From positions 192,001 to 256,000 of the forward strand of contig OZ242320.1 in assembly GCA_965208125.1 (NCBI GenBank): 64,000 bases of DNA. The letters run 5' to 3'. The DNA is from Candidatus Latescibacterota bacterium. Lineage in GTDB: Bacteria > Latescibacterota > UBA2968. How positions within the stretch are numbered: position 1 is the stretch's first letter; the number at the start of each line of letters is the position of its first letter. The notes below the pieces were generated by a model, which saw nothing but the letters and a program-made list of their open reading frames with translations, did no database searches and was not told the origin of the DNA. Below, one piece after another: positions 36,426-47,700 of the stretch. The position numbers and the translations under genes were made by a program.

Positions 36426-39400
36426 TCACTGAGGACGTCTAATACCCAGCTTTCTCATTTTGCCATACAGAGTAGAAGACGGTAGTTTCAGCAGAGCCGC
36501 TGCCCCCCTGGCCCCCTTTATCTGCCAGTTGGTGACTTTGAGCACTTCGAGGATATAGCGGCGTTCAAATTCATCCCAGGGCATGATTTCGCGGTCTTGA
36601 TCTAACTTGTGATCGGAAGCTGCGCCTTCGATTCGGGAACCATACAGTCCCAGATCACCCACTTCGATTTGAGAACTGTGGCACGCAATTACAGCACGCT
36701 GCATAGTATGCTCCAATTCCCGCACATTCCCAGGCCAATGATAGTTTTGCAACACCTCTATGACCTCAGAATCCAGGCGATCAATTTGCTTGCCTATATG
36801 TGCCACCAGGCGACTCTTAAAAAACTCGGCCAGGTCCGGTATGTCCTCCTTGCGCTCGCGCAGAGGCGGCAAATAGATCGGAAAAGCATTGAGGCGATAA
36901 TAGAGATCTTCGCGGAAATCACCCTTGCTGACCATCTCCTTCAGATCGCGATTCGTCGCTGCCACGATCCGCGTCTGCGCCGTCAGTATCTCGCTGCCCC
37001 CAACGCGCTCAAACGTCCCCTCTTCCAGCAAGCGCAGCAACCTGGCCTGCGTTTCCAGAGCCATATCGCCAATCTCATCTAAAAAGAGCGTACCGTCCCT
37101 GGCCAGTTCCACCCTACCCAGCCTGCGAGAAACTGCGCTGGTAAACGCCCCTTTCTCGTGACCAAACATTTCACTATCGATCAGCGATTCAGGCAACGCA
37201 CCACAGTTGACCTGTATAAAAGGCCCATCGCTATAGACACTCAGCCCGTGTAGTGCCCGCGCTGCCAGTCCCTTACCCACACCCGTCTCGCCTGCAATTA
37301 GCACCGTCAGATCGGCGGAGGCCACCTCTATGAGTTTGATTTGAAACTCGCGCAGAGCCGCGCTATGACCGATAAACTCATTGCTCCCTTGACTATTGAG
37401 TACAGCAGTCAGTTCTTTAATACGTGGATCAGGCTCGACCGAGATTTGTACCCGCGCCATCTGCGAGTAATTGAGATCGCGATCTACAGCCCGGACTTGA
37501 AAGGTGTAATCTCCCGGTGGTAAGTCTCGATAATAGACCCGCATCTCTCGGGTCGCGGGCTGCCAGTCGTGATCGTAGCCCTTCAAGCGGTAAATATAGA
37601 GCATATCGCTGGGATGGGTCGAAAAACTCAGACCCTTATACTCGAAAATCACCTGCTGATCCGTCGTAGATACGATGGCTTCTTCCAGGTTCTCATAGAC
37701 CTGATCAACTACAACTTGAATCAGGCGAACTATAGGCGGAATTTGCCGCAGGCGGTAGCGTACTATAGATCCCTCGGCAGTGCCAAACCAGAAGGTTCCG
37801 TCGCGATCTTCGAGTATCTGAAGAACGGGTCCTATATGTGGTGACTTGATGGTCTGGAAAAGTAGCCCATCGTAGTGAACCACACCTCCATCCGTGCCGA
37901 GCCAGAGGTGTCCACGCGAATCCTCGAACAAGCAACGGATGCGGTTGCTCGGCAAACCGTCTTCAGTGGTAAAGTTGCGAAAAACAATACCATCAAAGCA
38001 ACTGAGCCCCCTCTGAGTGGCGATCCACAGGTTGCCAGCGCGGTCTTCCAACAGGTCGGCAACCCGGTTATCTAACAACCCATCCGAAACAGTATAAAGA
38101 GAAATCCCATCTTCTGGATGCCACCGTCCAATGCCCTTGCCACTACCGAAGGGGTTGTGGGTACCCACACTAAACCAGAACTCTCGGTTGCGTCTGACGA
38201 TCAAGGTACCGATGTGGTTAAATGGATCTTCTTTTTCTTCCTCCTCAAAAACAAGTTGAAACTGTCCACCTCGGTGGTAAACGATTTGCAGTGGACTGGC
38301 AAAAAGCTCTTCTCTTTTTTTAGTCGTGCCATTTTCCCAATGCCCCAGAATCAGCTGTCCCTCCTGATCCTCGGCGATTGCGCTGACCCCCACCTCGCCA
38401 AAACCCTCGGTGGAGTGAAAGCCCTGCCCGTCATAGCGGAACAGGCCATTGCCGCCGCCAAACCACACATCACCATCGCGGTCTTCGTAAATGGCGAAAC
38501 AACTGTTGAGATCGAGACCCTGTGCGGCTCCGACAAACTCAAAGTGCTCGCCACTAAAGCGCGCGAGACTTTTGATTGTGAGGCTCAGGAATGGAGAGGA
38601 AAATCCGATCCATATATCCCCTCGTCGATCCTGCAACATCTGCGAGATTTCGCTATCGCCTTCGGGAGAATCTTTTCCAGGGTCGAAAAGACCGATACTA
38701 TATGCATCGTAGAGTACTACACCACCGCCCCATGTGGCGAACCAAAACTGATACTCGCGGTCCTGGAACACGGCATTGACAATGGGATAGGGCAAACCAT
38801 CAGCAGGAGTGAAACTGCCAAATTCATCGGGATTCTGATAGAGCACGCCTTCCGAAGTGCAGAACCACATCCGCCCTTCGCGGTCACACTGAATTTTGCG
38901 CAGGTTACCACCGAGGTCCACGGGAACACGATGGAAAGTGCCATCGGCATAGCGCCAGAGTCCGTCCCGCTGCCCGTACCGACCAATCCACACATAGCCT
39001 GTACTATCTCGCCCCACCGCGTAGTTACTCTGGTCCAGAGGAAAACCCTCTTCCTCGTCGTAGCGGTGGAACGATTCACCATCAAAGCGGATGAGGTAGT
39101 CAAAACCAAACCACAGGTGGCCTTCCATATCCTGGGTAATGCCCCAACACTGATTGGTCCACTGAGGAGAAGGCGGCTGCTCGTAGTGCCGGAGATAGAG
39201 CGGAATCAAATCGCAGAAAGCAGTGCCATCGTAATACCCCAGGGTATTCGTGCCACCGCACCATATACGCCCCTCACGATCTTCGTAGATGAACTGTGCA
39301 GATCGGCCTGCGATCCCCTCGTCCTCCAAATGGTGGAAATTTGCTCCATCATACCAGCAAACGCCACTCATTGTACCGAACCACAATCGCCCTTGACTAT

Positions 39401-39617
39401 CCTTGTGGATGGCAAAAACTCGATCGCCGCAAAGACCATCCTGTCGGGTAAATGTCTGAAACGCATCCCCGTCAAATCGGCTGACACCATTGTCCCAGGT
39501 AGCGAACCAGAGATACCCCTCGCTGTCTTCTACAATGTGTTCGGTGCGCACCCCAGCCAAGCCATTGGCAAGGGAATACGTCCGCCAGGTACCCGTGCGG
39601 TCGAGTGGCTTAATCAT
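36426..39617 (-). CDS. sigma54-dependent activator: beta-propeller (Reg_prop) sensor + Y_Y_Y + AAA+ + Fis HTH
   Basis: Many D..G.LW.GT repeats; [24 protein letters not shown]; [28 protein letters not shown]; C-terminal HTH. Confidence 0.92.
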   Translation of the reverse strand: MIKPLDRTGTWRTYSLANGLAGVRTEHIVEDSEGYLWFATWDNGVSRFDGDAFQTFTRQDGLCGDRVFAIHKDSQGRLWFGTMSGVCWYDGANFHHLEDEGIAGRSAQFIYEDREGRIWCGGTNTLGYYDGTAFCDLIPLYLRHYEQPPSPQWTNQCWGITQDMEGHLWFGFDYLIRFDGESFHRYDEEEGFPLDQSNYAVGRDSTGYVWIGRYGQRDGLWRYADGTFHRVPVDLGGNLRKIQCDREGRMWFCTSEGVLYQNPDEFGSFTPADGLPYPIVNAVFQDREYQFWFATWGGGVVLYDAYSIGLFDPGKDSPEGDSEISQMLQDRRGDIWIGFSSPFLSLTIKSLARFSGEHFEFVGAAQGLDLNSCFAIYEDRDGDVWFGGGNGLFRYDGQGFHSTEGFGEVGVSAIAEDQEGQLILGHWENGTTKKREELFASPLQIVYHRGGQFQLVFEEEEKEDPFNHIGTLIVRRNREFWFSVGTHNPFGSGKGIGRWHPEDGISLYTVSDGLLDNRVADLLEDRAGNLWIATQRGLSCFDGIVFRNFTTEDGLPSNRIRCLFEDSRGHLWLGTDGGVVHYDGLLFQTIKSPHIGPVLQILEDRDGTFWFGTAEGSIVRYRLRQIPPIVRLIQVVVDQVYENLEEAIVSTTDQQVIFEYKGLSFSTHPSDMLYIYRLKGYDHDWQPATREMRVYYRDLPPGDYTFQVRAVDRDLNYSQMARVQISVEPDPRIKELTAVLNSQGSNEFIGHSAALREFQIKLIEVASADLTVLIAGETGVGKGLAARALHGLSVYSDGPFIQVNCGALPESLIDSEMFGHEKGAFTSAVSRRLGRVELARDGTLFLDEIGDMALETQARLLRLLEEGTFERVGGSEILTAQTRIVAATNRDLKEMVSKGDFREDLYYRLNAFPIYLPPLRERKEDIPDLAEFFKSRLVAHIGKQIDRLDSEVIEVLQNYHWPGNVRELEHTMQRAVIACHSSQIEVGDLGLYGSRIEGAASDHKLDQDREIMPWDEFERRYILEVLKVTNWQIKGARGAAALLKLPSSTLYGKMRKLGIRRPQ

Positions 39618-40297
39618 GGGACTGAGACCTTATACACTTTCAAATTCGCATATTCTCCAATCAAAGGCGCCATTTGTCGGAAACCGATCTTGCCACTCCC
39701 CAGCAAAGGCCCATACGTCTGACCATCATCAACCCAGTGAAAAATCTTCAAATCGCGAATATAAAAAACAACCTCAGCACCGCATTTGATCAGCGTAATC
39801 GGGTATGGCGGTCTGGCATCGACAACTGAAGGCAGGGGATCCGCCCCCTGGCAGACCATGTGAAAACCATAGCTCTTGCGCAAATTGCAAACCTGAAAAG
39901 CGCGTTCTTTGAGTGCTTTCCGCCGAAAATAAGACACATGCAACGCATTGATATCGCTGCTGTGATACTGCTTGTATTCGCCAGCCCGAGGCGCCAATGA
40001 CGAATCAAATATATCTTCACCGCCTCGTCCCAGTGCAGAAAAAAACAGAATGCACAACCCCGGCTCGCGCACCGGCCAAAAATCCCACGTTACGGCAATA
40101 TCCGCTGGAAAATCTTCAGAACACCAAAAAACAAAATTTGCTGCCTGTCCCTCCCCGGGATCGCGGCGATTCTCCATTCGCATGCGACCATTTGGAAAGG
40201 TCACTTCGGCATCTCCCTCCATCCGAAATCCTTCAATATCTGATGCGGAAGACAGCGGATTGTCGTAAAGCAATTCGCCAAATTCAAAATTATCCAT
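39614..40297 (-). CDS. YesU/DUF1961-like protein (in-frame upstream Tat-signal extension from 40441 possible)
   Basis: AGGAGAGG RBS; LLYDNPL..F.MEG, NFVFWC..FP, GLCILFF, YHSSDINALHVSYFRR, CNLRKS.GF, GKIGFRQM. Confidence 0.78.
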   Translation of the reverse strand: MDNFEFGELLYDNPLSSASDIEGFRMEGDAEVTFPNGRMRMENRRDPGEGQAANFVFWCSEDFPADIAVTWDFWPVREPGLCILFFSALGRGGEDIFDSSLAPRAGEYKQYHSSDINALHVSYFRRKALKERAFQVCNLRKSYGFHMVCQGADPLPSVVDARPPYPITLIKCGAEVVFYIRDLKIFHWVDDGQTYGPLLGSGKIGFRQMAPLIGEYANLKVYKVSVP

Positions 40298-40455
40298 AAC
40301 ACCTCTCCTGATGCGTTGACGTATCGGATTCTTCGCCGCATGAACAGCCTGCCTCAAAAACAGCGGCGCACTGCCAAAAGATACTGAAAACAACGCCATC
40401 TTGCTGCATTTTATAAATGCCCTGCGCGTCCATTCCATCATTTTAGTCTCCTGTT

Positions 40456-41352
40456 TCACTTTGGAAGCGGGATCTTGCGAAGCGATTCCCATTCTGTACG
40501 CAGCGTATTTAGCCAGACAGGAAGCTTTCCAAGCCGCAACGCGAGTTGAGCCTCAAAAAGAGATTCCGGCTCAACCGGGCTGCCGTTTGATTCCAGAACC
40601 TCAAGCGCACTTTCATTGAAAGTGGCGGGATTGCCGTGAAATCCCACAATAATCGGATGCAAAAATCGGAGATACCCCTGCCAAAAATCGTAGCGCGTAT
40701 CATCCCCTCCGTGGTTGAAATTCCAAAACACAAGACGCCTGAGATGGTGTGGCTGAACACCTGTACCGCTGCTGCCATATAGCCTGCCATTACTCACGCG
40801 ATCGTACAAATTGGCATAGCTCGGTTTGGTCTTATGGATATCGAGCGACTGTCTGGAACCCATGTCAAAGCGATAGACCACATTGCCGGTCGTGCTATGG
40901 CTCATGCCCACGCCATGGAGTTGGTTTGCAAGGTCTTCGGACAGCCCCACCCATATCCCGTAACTGCCCTGACTCTTAATCGCATAATGCCCAACGCCCT
41001 TGCCATTGGCCTCTGCTGCGGCAATGGCTGCCTGTATAGCACGCTGATCAGATAGGTCATCATTGGGGATTGCACCATACTTTGTGACATCGAAAATGGG
41101 ATGCGCGACATCGGGAACTGGCTCGTTGGAGTAGTGATATCCCGCGTAGGAAAAATCGGGTAAGATAGATTCTGTCCCCTTCTCCTTGGCCTTCACAAAC
41201 TGTTGATAGGTAGTTGAGATGCGTGGCGTTCCCACTGGAATGGCAACATCTCGGTCTCCTTCTGAACCATCCATCAGAGATGGAATCAACAGCAAGATAA
41301 CTGCAAAGATCCAAACACAGGCGAAACGCCTGCGATGTAGCAACTCGGGCAT
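40456..41352 (-). CDS. DUF4955-like pectin-lyase-fold protein, apparently internally deleted
   Basis: LPDFSYAGYH..FDVTKYGAIPND..AIQAAIAAAE N-cap joined directly to the C-terminal PHHL..LVFWNF..PESLFEAQL part; possible pseudogene. Confidence 0.6.
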   Translation of the reverse strand: MPELLHRRRFACVWIFAVILLLIPSLMDGSEGDRDVAIPVGTPRISTTYQQFVKAKEKGTESILPDFSYAGYHYSNEPVPDVAHPIFDVTKYGAIPNDDLSDQRAIQAAIAAAEANGKGVGHYAIKSQGSYGIWVGLSEDLANQLHGVGMSHSTTGNVVYRFDMGSRQSLDIHKTKPSYANLYDRVSNGRLYGSSGTGVQPHHLRRLVFWNFNHGGDDTRYDFWQGYLRFLHPIIVGFHGNPATFNESALEVLESNGSPVEPESLFEAQLALRLGKLPVWLNTLRTEWESLRKIPLPK

Positions 41353-41461
41353 ATTGTACTCCTCCCGTAGATAAAATCAGCCATCAATCTAAGTCCAGGA
41401 CAATGGCTCGCTGGAACATCTAATCCCGTATCCACAAAATACTATACTCCATTGTATAGTG

Positions 41462-44400
41462 TCAGCAAAAAACAAAAAGCTCTGGCAAAACACCAGAGCT
41501 TTTCTGTTCCATTTGGAGAGCCACTGTTTTTCCACTTACCGATCTGCCAAATCCCTCTGCAAAAATCAGAAAGTCGTTGAACCCCACTGTGCCATTGCTA
41601 TCCAGATCGTATTTTGTGTCAAAACCCGTATCACCCTCCGACAGCCCAAAGTGGCTGACAAATAGCAAAAAATCCGTGCTCCCAACCATATTATCCCCAT
41701 CAAAATCCAGGCTTGCAAGACTGGCACCTGTCCCGATTAGTTTCACTTCCACGCTTTTGCCATCCTGACACGTAAACGCCACAACCGTCTGATCTGATTG
41801 AACCGTTGCGACCGCGAGATCATACATGTCATCCAAACGCCATTTTCCTCGCAACGTCACATCCACTGTGCGGGGCATACTCGACTGATTTACAATCAAC
41901 GTGCCATCTTGCCGGTGCGGATCCTGAATGGTCCAACTCCACCCAAAATCCGGATCCGCAACCGAAAGCAATAATCCATCCTCCACTTCGCGGGTCATCG
42001 CCAAAATCGGCAAAGACACAGATACAATCTGACCTTTATTGGGACTTGCATTCGTGTTAAACAGCGCGTAACCCGTGGTTTTCAAATCCCGATGATGTAC
42101 GATGTGTGCCATATGATTTTGCTGCCAGACCTCATATTCGGGTGCATTGGCAAATGCGTGTACCTTGTCGGACGAGCTTTGCACCAGCACAGCATATTCA
42201 TACTTTTTTGCCTGAGGCGCACTACCGTGATCCAGATACGCCAATTCAAAAGTTCCTGTACCACCGCTATCCCTGCCAAAATCTCCAGGGGTTTGCACCT
42301 GACGACGCACCCGCAAGTCGCCTCCATCTGGAATCACATAGCCATTACCCGAGGCGTCCATCACCCATGCGGTCTGCCCCGTTGTCCCCGAAAATGTATA
42401 GGGAATCGCCAGCACGCCTGTCCCATTGACCCATGTGGAGCGGTCCTCAGATATAGCTACTTGAAATAATGGCGTCACAGTTCTATGTCCACTATCATCA
42501 TTCTTAATACCCGATCCCAGGCAAACCAGTACATCGTCAAAACAAAACACCGTCTTAAACGCTCGAAAACTCGTATTGTATTCTGTATCGTGCAACTTCA
42601 GCGCAAACACGCCGTTTTGTCCTTCTATGTTCACCCCACCCACAAAAGTCTCATCCGAAAAATTGCGATCACGTGTCCTGTTGTTAAGCTCCGCATGACT
42701 CAGGCGAATCACCGTCGTACCCGGCCACATGCTCCAGTCCCATCCATCCCGAACAATCCCACTCGCCTCCCGGCCAACCGGATCGCCACTGGCGTAAATT
42801 AGCACCGAGCCATAGCTCAAATAACGACCGAGCGAATTTTCACTACCCGACGATTCAAAATCCCACACGTACTTGCTCCACCCTTTCATACTCACCATCC
42901 ATTCATTGCGCCGATGAATAGACAACGCGCCATAAGGCAATGTCCAGTGCCCAGATGGCGCTGCCTCGGGTGCGTGTCCTGCCTCTGCAAAATCCACTAT
43001 CATTTGCATCGCACCCGGCGTGTGCAAATACATGATCCCTGCAGATGCCTGTTCGAACAGACCTTCTCGCAATAACTGCGATTGAGGTTTCCAAAGCTGC
43101 ATAAACGCGCCAGCCAGTTCTGCATCCACCGAGGGATAGCTCAAAGCCACATACATATATGCCGGCAAATTTGCGTCGTTTACCGTTGTATTATTTGGAA
43201 ACCGACCACCGATGGCTGGCGAAATATCATACGTATTCGCCATAGCCCTGAACGTCAACAGCGCCTGCTTCAAATTATCGCGCTTATCATCGGCAACTGC
43301 AAAGACCGTATCGTGCAACAAATACACCAGCACAGAAGCCACATGAAAAGCATTTGGTGCATACGCATTGGCATAGATGCCCCGATGGTGAAACCCCACA
43401 AAATCCGGCTTAATCGTATCCAGCCACCCGGGCGCAATATCCAGCGCATTATTCAACCAGGCGACATAGCGGCGCATAGTAACGACCTTTTCAGGCGTAT
43501 CGTCCATCATCAAAATGCACAACAACCGATACATCGCCACCGAACGCAAAAAATCCGCATTCGCGCCCAGCACCTCGGGATCCTCATACAACTCACCAAA
43601 CATACTGTGCCATTTCAGGGTCGCCAATTCCCGCGCCAACGCCCCTTTGCTCTCCAAAGCATCCCGCATCAAATACACGGCATGGGAATACCCCGCAAGG
43701 CGCAAAAATTGGTGATGCAGCGAGCCTATACCACTACCGTCTGCCCATCCCTGATCATAGAGATAATCAAAAATATCCAGCACTTGATTTTTGGTATTGT
43801 TGTCACCATTCAACCGATAATCCAGCACCAGACGCAACAAGACCCTTGAGAAAACATTCTGATAGGGGGGAGTGTATGGTGATCGTTCAGCAAAGAGTGG
43901 GACTCCCAAAATTCGGTTATTCTCACGTCGAATATTATAATCTGGCAGATTGCGCCGCCCGAACCGGAAAAGCTTCTCCAACTCACTGATCCGAATTTGA
44001 ACGGGCTGTCGCTGGTCATTTTTCACATTGTCGCCCAAAACCCAGGTTTCATATCTCTGGACAATCGTCTCAAAAGCCTCTTTTTCTTCTTCGGTGATCT
44101 GCGAAGGTAGCAGATCTTGCAGTGTATTTAGACTCCATCTGTATTCGCGATTTCTCTCGCCACTTGTATTTACACCTCCATTCACAAATGGAACCTGGGC
44201 ATCAGCTGATCGCCTCGAGTCAATTGTTTCTACAAGTTCCATCAGATCCAGATAGACAGTGCCACTATTCGGCGCAATGACTTCAAATGCTGTCACGCGT
44301 CCATTTTGTGGACCTGCATAAGCATCATTGATCGCATCTTCTTGTAGATCAATCCACATCACCCGCCAACCCGTGAAATTCAAGCCAAAATGAAATTGAT

Positions 44401-44752
44401 AACGCGGATTATTTGTCACCAGTTCAGATTTCGTTCCAAACGCAAAAGTCAGTTTCTCACTGAGTGCCATTTCATTATAAACCCACGCCCGAAATCCCTT
44501 CAGTGCCTTGTCGCGTCCCGGCGAGGGATCTGTAAATAAAAGACGTCCGTTATTCTGCCAGATCCATTTCAGAGATTGCACTCCCGACTTGTAATGATCC
44601 GTCGAAAGCGATATCTCGCTGTTAGCATCTGTTTGATAGTCTGGCGACATTTCCTCAAAATTGTAGCACCAGGGCGTATCTTGCGCCATCGCCATATTGA
44701 CGCTGCCGAGCACACAGCCTGCAAAAATCATGATCCATCGCTGTAAGTTCAT
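41462..44752 (-). CDS. Polysaccharide lyase family 8, chondroitinase ABC-like, with C-terminal EF-hand/dockerin-like domain
   Basis: Signal peptide; HYKSG.QSLKW, LNFTGWR, DQGWADGS, DTIKPD..GFHH..Y..AY, GWDW..WPGTT; paired DxDxD/N repeats at the C-terminus. Confidence 0.85.
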   Translation of the reverse strand: MNLQRWIMIFAGCVLGSVNMAMAQDTPWCYNFEEMSPDYQTDANSEISLSTDHYKSGVQSLKWIWQNNGRLLFTDPSPGRDKALKGFRAWVYNEMALSEKLTFAFGTKSELVTNNPRYQFHFGLNFTGWRVMWIDLQEDAINDAYAGPQNGRVTAFEVIAPNSGTVYLDLMELVETIDSRRSADAQVPFVNGGVNTSGERNREYRWSLNTLQDLLPSQITEEEKEAFETIVQRYETWVLGDNVKNDQRQPVQIRISELEKLFRFGRRNLPDYNIRRENNRILGVPLFAERSPYTPPYQNVFSRVLLRLVLDYRLNGDNNTKNQVLDIFDYLYDQGWADGSGIGSLHHQFLRLAGYSHAVYLMRDALESKGALARELATLKWHSMFGELYEDPEVLGANADFLRSVAMYRLLCILMMDDTPEKVVTMRRYVAWLNNALDIAPGWLDTIKPDFVGFHHRGIYANAYAPNAFHVASVLVYLLHDTVFAVADDKRDNLKQALLTFRAMANTYDISPAIGGRFPNNTTVNDANLPAYMYVALSYPSVDAELAGAFMQLWKPQSQLLREGLFEQASAGIMYLHTPGAMQMIVDFAEAGHAPEAAPSGHWTLPYGALSIHRRNEWMVSMKGWSKYVWDFESSGSENSLGRYLSYGSVLIYASGDPVGREASGIVRDGWDWSMWPGTTVIRLSHAELNNRTRDRNFSDETFVGGVNIEGQNGVFALKLHDTEYNTSFRAFKTVFCFDDVLVCLGSGIKNDDSGHRTVTPLFQVAISEDRSTWVNGTGVLAIPYTFSGTTGQTAWVMDASGNGYVIPDGGDLRVRRQVQTPGDFGRDSGGTGTFELAYLDHGSAPQAKKYEYAVLVQSSSDKVHAFANAPEYEVWQQNHMAHIVHHRDLKTTGYALFNTNASPNKGQIVSVSLPILAMTREVEDGLLLSVADPDFGWSWTIQDPHRQDGTLIVNQSSMPRTVDVTLRGKWRLDDMYDLAVATVQSDQTVVAFTCQDGKSVEVKLIGTGASLASLDFDGDNMVGSTDFLLFVSHFGLSEGDTGFDTKYDLDSNGTVGFNDFLIFAEGFGRSVSGKTVALQMEQKSSGVLPELFVFC

Positions 44753-44782
44753 TATATGCTCCTGTTATTTTGCCTACTGGCT

Positions 44783-47700
44783 CTATTGCCCGAACAGGAT
44801 GAGCGAAGTACCCACGGCAATCTGGATGCCAACGTAGTTCATCGGTAATGAAGGTGCTGTTCCCAGACTGACGGTGGTCGATGTTGTCCCGCTCTGCGTC
44901 ACCGTTATGGGTTCGCTTTGGATATTGCCCTTTGAAATTGTGACTTCTGTGATCGCATTGCCATTCTCATCGGTCAGTGTACCATCTGTTGCCGATAGCT
45001 CAACAGTCATATCAAACGGCGCACCCTGGGCAACCTTGACCACAACTGTGGCGGGACCTTGTGCGGTCAAATCCGTATTGTCTGTACGTTCCAAGATTAG
45101 CGTAAGACTAAAGGGCGCACCCGTATTGCCAGACACATCCAGATGACTCAGGCTGGACAAACCGAAGAATATACTGTCGGGCAGCGCGCTCAACGTATTT
45201 CCATTCAGACTCAAAGTCTCCAAATTGGCCAAACCGGAAAACACGCCAGAGGGCAGTGTACTCACTGAATTACTGTCGAGACTCACAAATCTCAAATTCG
45301 ATAGACCATTGAACACATCCGCAGGTAGTGCGGTCAATTCATTGTCGTAAAGGCTCACAAATCTCAAATTCGACAGACCGGAAAACACACCTGATGGGAG
45401 TGAGGTCAAGTCATTGTCGTAAAAATTCAGAATTCTCAGATTGGGCAGGTCAGAGAAATCACTCGCCAGTAAAGTGGTGATACTCCGACTACGGAAATCC
45501 AAAGAATCTACAATCCCGACCAGGTGCTCCTCTGTGACATGGGCGCAGTTGTTAATCCCGTCTATCACAGACAGGATAGCCGTTTGTACCTGTGAAGTCC
45601 TGCTGCAAATCCCTATGGGGATCGTCAAAGTAAAGCTCGTCTGTACCTGACTGCCTTTGCCGTCATCGGCTGTTACTATAATCGTAAAGGGCGAACCATC
45701 GGTATTGGACGGTGTACCGCTGAACGTGCGCGAGGACGAAGTAAAAGTCAGCCACGCTGGCTGCCCGCTGCTCGTGTAGGTAAGGACATCGCTATCGGCA
45801 TCGCTAAACGCATCTGCGGGAAAGGTGTACGTAAACGCGTTGCCCGATAATGCAATCTGATCAGTAAGTCCTTTATCGACCACAGGTGCCGTATTTTTCA
45901 CCCTCACATCGATCTCCTGCGTGGCGCTGTTAGTCTGATCACTTGCAGTCACTGTCACCGTTGCACTTCCTGCACTCACCGGCGTTATCATAACTTCAGA
46001 ACCCGTTACACTCACCGACGCTATACCGGGCATATTTGAAGTCGCACTGTAGCTTAAAATGTCGCCATCCACATCCGAAAAACTGTCTTTCACATCCACA
46101 ACTACGGCACCGCCCCCCACATCCAGAGTCTGTGCGGCAATTGCTCCCACGACTTCAGGTTCTGTCTTTCCGAACAAGACAAGCGGTGTGCCAGAAACTA
46201 TGCGGATACCCTCATATCCTCCTGGGACTTCAGGTGCCTCGTCTATGTGGATCCTGGTCGGTGATGTCCCGCTCTGTGTCACCGTTATAGATTCACTCTG
46301 GATATTGCCCTTTGAAATTGTCGCCTCAGTTATCGCACTGCCATTCCCATTGGTCAGTGTACCGTCTATTGCCGATAGCTCAACAGTCATATCAAACGGC
46401 GCACCCTGAGCAATACTGACCACAACAGTGGCGGGTCCCTGTACTGTCAAGTCCGCATTGTCTATGCGTTTCAATTCCAGCGTGAGGGTGAAGGGCGCAC
46501 CCGTATTGCCGGATACGTCCAGCTTTCTCAAACTGGACAGACCGTAGAACATGCTATCGGGAAGCACGCTCAACAAGTTACCGGTCAGATTCAGGATTTG
46601 CAGACTGGATAAGTCAAAAAAAGCACTATCGGGCAATGCGCTCAATGTGTTGCCGCTGAGATTCAGAGTTTGCAGACTGGATAAGCCGGAAAACGCACGA
46701 TCAGGGAGCGTGCCCAATTCGTTGCCGTCAAGACTCAGGAACCTCAAACTGGAAAGATCCGAAAATGCATCATCGGGTAGCGCGGCACTCAACAGATTAC
46801 TGTTCAGACTCAGCGTTTGCAGACTGGACAGACCACTGAACACACCTATCGGAAGATTGGTCAGACGGTTATTGTCAAGGTTCAGCGTTTGCAGACTGGA
46901 CAGATCACTGAACACACCCATTGGAAGATTGGTCAGTCGATTATCGTAAAGACTCAGCGTCTGCAGACTGGACAGATCACTGAACACACCCATTGGAAGA
47001 TTGGTCAGCCGATTATCGTAAAGACTCAGCGTCTGCAGACTGGACAGGTCAGCGAATAGGTTAGCGTCCAGATTATTCAACCTGTTACCATCAAGATTCA
47101 GGGTTTGCAGGCTGGACAAGCCAGTGAACACATTAGTGGGCAGTATTCTAAATTTATTTCTATAAAGACTCAAAGTTTGCAGGCTGGACAAATCAGTGAA
47201 CACGTCAGCAGGCAGTGTTCTCAAATCATTCTCGTAAAGCCACAAGTTTTGAAGATTAGACAGACCAGTGAAATCATTTGCCAGCAGGGCAGTGATATTC
47301 TGATTGCTAAGATCCAAAATCTCCGTGATCCCCGTCAGGTGCATGTTTGTGACCAGAGCACAGTCGGTAATCCCAGCTATCGCAGACAATATCTCGGTTT
47401 GAACAGCCGCTGTGCGGGTACATATCTCTGGCGCGATTTCGGTCATCCCTACTACAGTATCTGACCACCCACTTGTCCCTTCGTCATTCTCTGCTCTGAC
47501 CTGTACATCGTAGCTTGTATCTTGACTTAGGCTGCTAATCGTATATTCAAGAGCACCATCACCACTCTCCCACGCATCCTCTGCCACCGTCCAGTTGGCA
47601 TCATCTGTCTCATCATCACTGGTCAGAATATGACGCACATCATAAGCACTGATCGCTGGTCCCGTGTTCGTAGGCGCTTCCCATTCCACGGTCAGACTGT

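Noticed and set aside
38118-39722. Long + strand ORFs (also 34666-35850, 4850-5908, 6571-7557, 60193-61149)
   Set aside because: Antisense shadows of well-supported minus-strand genes; no motifs
46520-47320. Regularly spaced repeats resembling a CRISPR array
   Set aside because: The period is 72 bp, in frame, and encodes LRRs; there are no unique spacers and no cas genes
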